Source: a virus. From it: a stretch of 17,734 bases of DNA. The position numbers were made by a program, and so were the translations under genes. A model generated the notes under the pieces. It was not told the DNA's origin. It saw only the letters and a list, made by a program, of their open reading frames with translations, and did not search any database. How positions within the stretch are numbered: the stretch's first letter is position 1; each line of letters begins with the position of its first letter. The DNA is taken from UHGV virus genome UHGV-1681308; one strand, 5' to 3'. Below, piece after piece: positions 16,170 to 17,734 of the stretch.

Positions 16170-17734
16170 ATGCTGGAAACAAAAGTCATGTTCAATGCCA
16201 CAGAGCTCACAATCAAAGTGTCTGTGTGGGCACGGGGCGACCCGTTCCCTGCTATTGGGCATGCTGTAGGTATAGACACAGAAACCGAACTTATTACGGA
16301 CGCCGAGCTTACGCCGCCATTGGTTGTACTCGGCGTTTTCAATCCTGCCGACATGACTTGCTACCAGATAGCATGGAGTGATGCACAGTACTTCATGCAG
16401 GAGCTGCTTAAGCGTGACTGCAAGCTGTACTTCGCCAATGCAGGGTTCGACTACTTCGAGCTGGAGAGTGATGAGCTTCGGGATGCGGTCAGCAATGACC
16501 GTCTCGTAGACTTGCTCATCAGAGCTCCGCTTAAAGAGATCGCCACTATAGGGTACATCAGAACGCACAGCCTGAAGGACGCCTGCCAATGGCATCTCAA
16601 TTACGAGATGGACAAACATGAGGACGAAGGCGACCAGGCAGCTCGTGTCACGTTCCGCAGGAACAAAGACATCACAGATGAGCAGCGCATTTACCTGGCA
16701 ATCGACTGCGCGGCTACTTATTACGGGTGCGAGGCGATTGGTCCTCAGGCGACAGAGTGTACACATACACGCGGTCAGATAGTCCTGTATCATATCAGCA
16801 AGAACGGTTTTCCGTACGACCCGTACATGTTCGACTACTGCGAGAAGCTGCTGCAGCAGCATATGGATCAGTATCGTGCAGAGCTCATCACGTACGGGTA
16901 TCCGGATCCGTACAAGAAAGATATGCCCACTGAAATCAAGCAGCTGCAGGACGGCTGGCCTATGTTCAGGGACGCCTGGTTCGCTGCGCATATCAAAGAA
17001 AAGTACCAGTTCGAGGACTCGCTGCCAGGCAAGAGCACAGTAAAGCGCATACTGCTGTACGGCACTGCGTATATGCAGCACGGTACAGATAAAGGCACTC
17101 TGGCGCGGGTGTTCGCAGCATTGCTGCTGCAGGACAAGAACCTGTCCAAAAAGGAACAGGCTGCATATGACCAGCTGGTGGAGGAGCACGACTTCCTGGA
17201 TGCCTGCAATGGTATCGGCAAGAAGGAGGTTTGGCCGACGCTGCTGGTCGCGTGGATGCGTGCCGAGATGGACGGCAAGGACATCGCTGGCATATGGCAG
17301 GCAGTGGACGATGCGGTGCAGGACCATCCGCAATGGTTCTGTACTGAGGAGCCTGTCAAGCCCAAGGCATTCATGCAGGACCACCTGCGGGAACTGCAGG
17401 AAAAGTACCCTGGACTGGAGTTCGACAAGACGCTTAAGTCAGGTGAGCTGAAGTGCTCAAAGAAGGACGCGTGGAAGCTGGCGGATGCGGGGGTGAACGA
17501 TCCGTTGCTGACCGCGTACGTGAACTTTGGTCATGTGCAAAAGTACAAGTCGTCGTTCACGAACAGGGAATACCTCAGGAGCGACGGCAGAGTAAGGTGC
17601 CGCTTTGGCATCGTGGAGAGCGGTCGGTTTGGCCGCTTCACACCGCGAGGTGTGTCGAACAAGAAAGTGAATTGCTGGAACACCTTAACGGGTAACGCCG
17701 AAGGCAATCAGCAGCCGAGCCTTGTATCGAGAGA
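16170..17734 (+). CDS. family-A DNA polymerase, N-terminal part (3'-5' exonuclease domain plus start of polymerase domain); runs off the window and is probably interrupted by an IStron from about 17655
   Basis: Strong RBS TAAGGAGG at 16158..16165. Exo I VGIDTETE, Exo II NAGFDYFEL, Exo III YLAIDCAATYY. The frame stays open to the window end; the track omits it only because it has no stop in the window. From 17655 the DNA matches the IStron 5' end, so sequence beyond about 17654 is probably intron, not exon. Confidence 0.65.
   Translation, partial: MLETKVMFNATELTIKVSVWARGDPFPAIGHAVGIDTETELITDAELTPPLVVLGVFNPADMTCYQIAWSDAQYFMQELLKRDCKLYFANAGFDYFELESDELRDAVSNDRLVDLLIRAPLKEIATIGYIRTHSLKDACQWHLNYEMDKHEDEGDQAARVTFRRNKDITDEQRIYLAIDCAATYYGCEAIGPQATECTHTRGQIVLYHISKNGFPYDPYMFDYCEKLLQQHMDQYRAELITYGYPDPYKKDMPTEIKQLQDGWPMFRDAWFAAHIKEKYQFEDSLPGKSTVKRILLYGTAYMQHGTDKGTLARVFAALLLQDKNLSKKEQAAYDQLVEEHDFLDACNGIGKKEVWPTLLVAWMRAEMDGKDIAGIWQAVDDAVQDHPQWFCTEEPVKPKAFMQDHLRELQEKYPGLEFDKTLKSGELKCSKKDAWKLADAGVNDPLLTAYVNFGHVQKYKSSFTNREYLRSDGRVRCRFGIVESGRFGRFTPRGVSNKKVNCWNTLTGNAEGNQQPSLVSR
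17655..17734 (+). mobile_element. 5' terminus of a second IStron-like element (group I intron module) inside the polymerase gene; truncated by the window edge
   Basis: 17655..17676 is identical (22/22) to the left end at 8684..8705. The downstream block agcagccgagcc and the taacggg segment are shared with 8792..8830. This copy lacks an ~85-nt segment present at 8706..8790. Confidence 0.5.

Noticed and set aside
15846-17384. 512-aa ORF on the minus strand
   Set aside because: Antisense to the polymerase reading frame, which has a strong RBS and exonuclease motifs. Its translation is Leu/Val/Cys/His/Gln-rich with no motifs, typical of a shadow ORF, and every supported gene in the window is on the + strand.
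17167-17695. + strand ORFs 17167..17451 and 17453..17695 (Arg/Cys/Trp-rich translations)
   Set aside because: Out-of-frame readings within the polymerase gene and the IStron 5' end. Composition is not protein-like.
1-17734. tRNA or rRNA genes
   Set aside because: A scan by eye of the non-coding stretches (28..140, 8658..9132, 10219..10834) found no GGTTCGAATCC-type T-loop or cloverleaf. The non-coding regions are better explained by intron/omega-RNA modules.

Overview
This window reads as a phage-like replication/recombination module: every credible gene is on the + strand, most have AGGAG-type ribosome-binding sites, and many starts overlap the preceding stop. Recognisable genes are an intein-interrupted DnaB-like P-loop ATPase/helicase (604..3102), a CX5R dual-specificity-type phosphatase (~6800..7288), a UvsX/RecA-family recombinase (13325..14665), a Lar-family restriction-alleviation-like protein (14649..14990) and the 5' part of a family-A DNA polymerase with 3'-5' exonuclease motifs (16170 to window end). 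The most interesting content is selfish-element colonisation. A LAGLIDADG intein (1240..2268) sits in the helicase Walker A. There are three copies or ends of a TnpB element with IStron-like architecture (group I intron-like RNA, then tnpB, then omega-RNA scaffold): a 3' terminus at 1..119, a complete copy at ~8684..10310, and a 5' terminus starting at 17655 inside the polymerase reading frame. Two paralogous N-x-G-x-x pentapeptide-repeat genes (5384..6406 and 10835..11797) have near-identical ends and different repeat cassettes, one encoded by near-perfect 15-bp tandem DNA repeats. All calls come from reading the sequence and ORF translations by eye; no searches or folding were run, and element boundaries are approximate.
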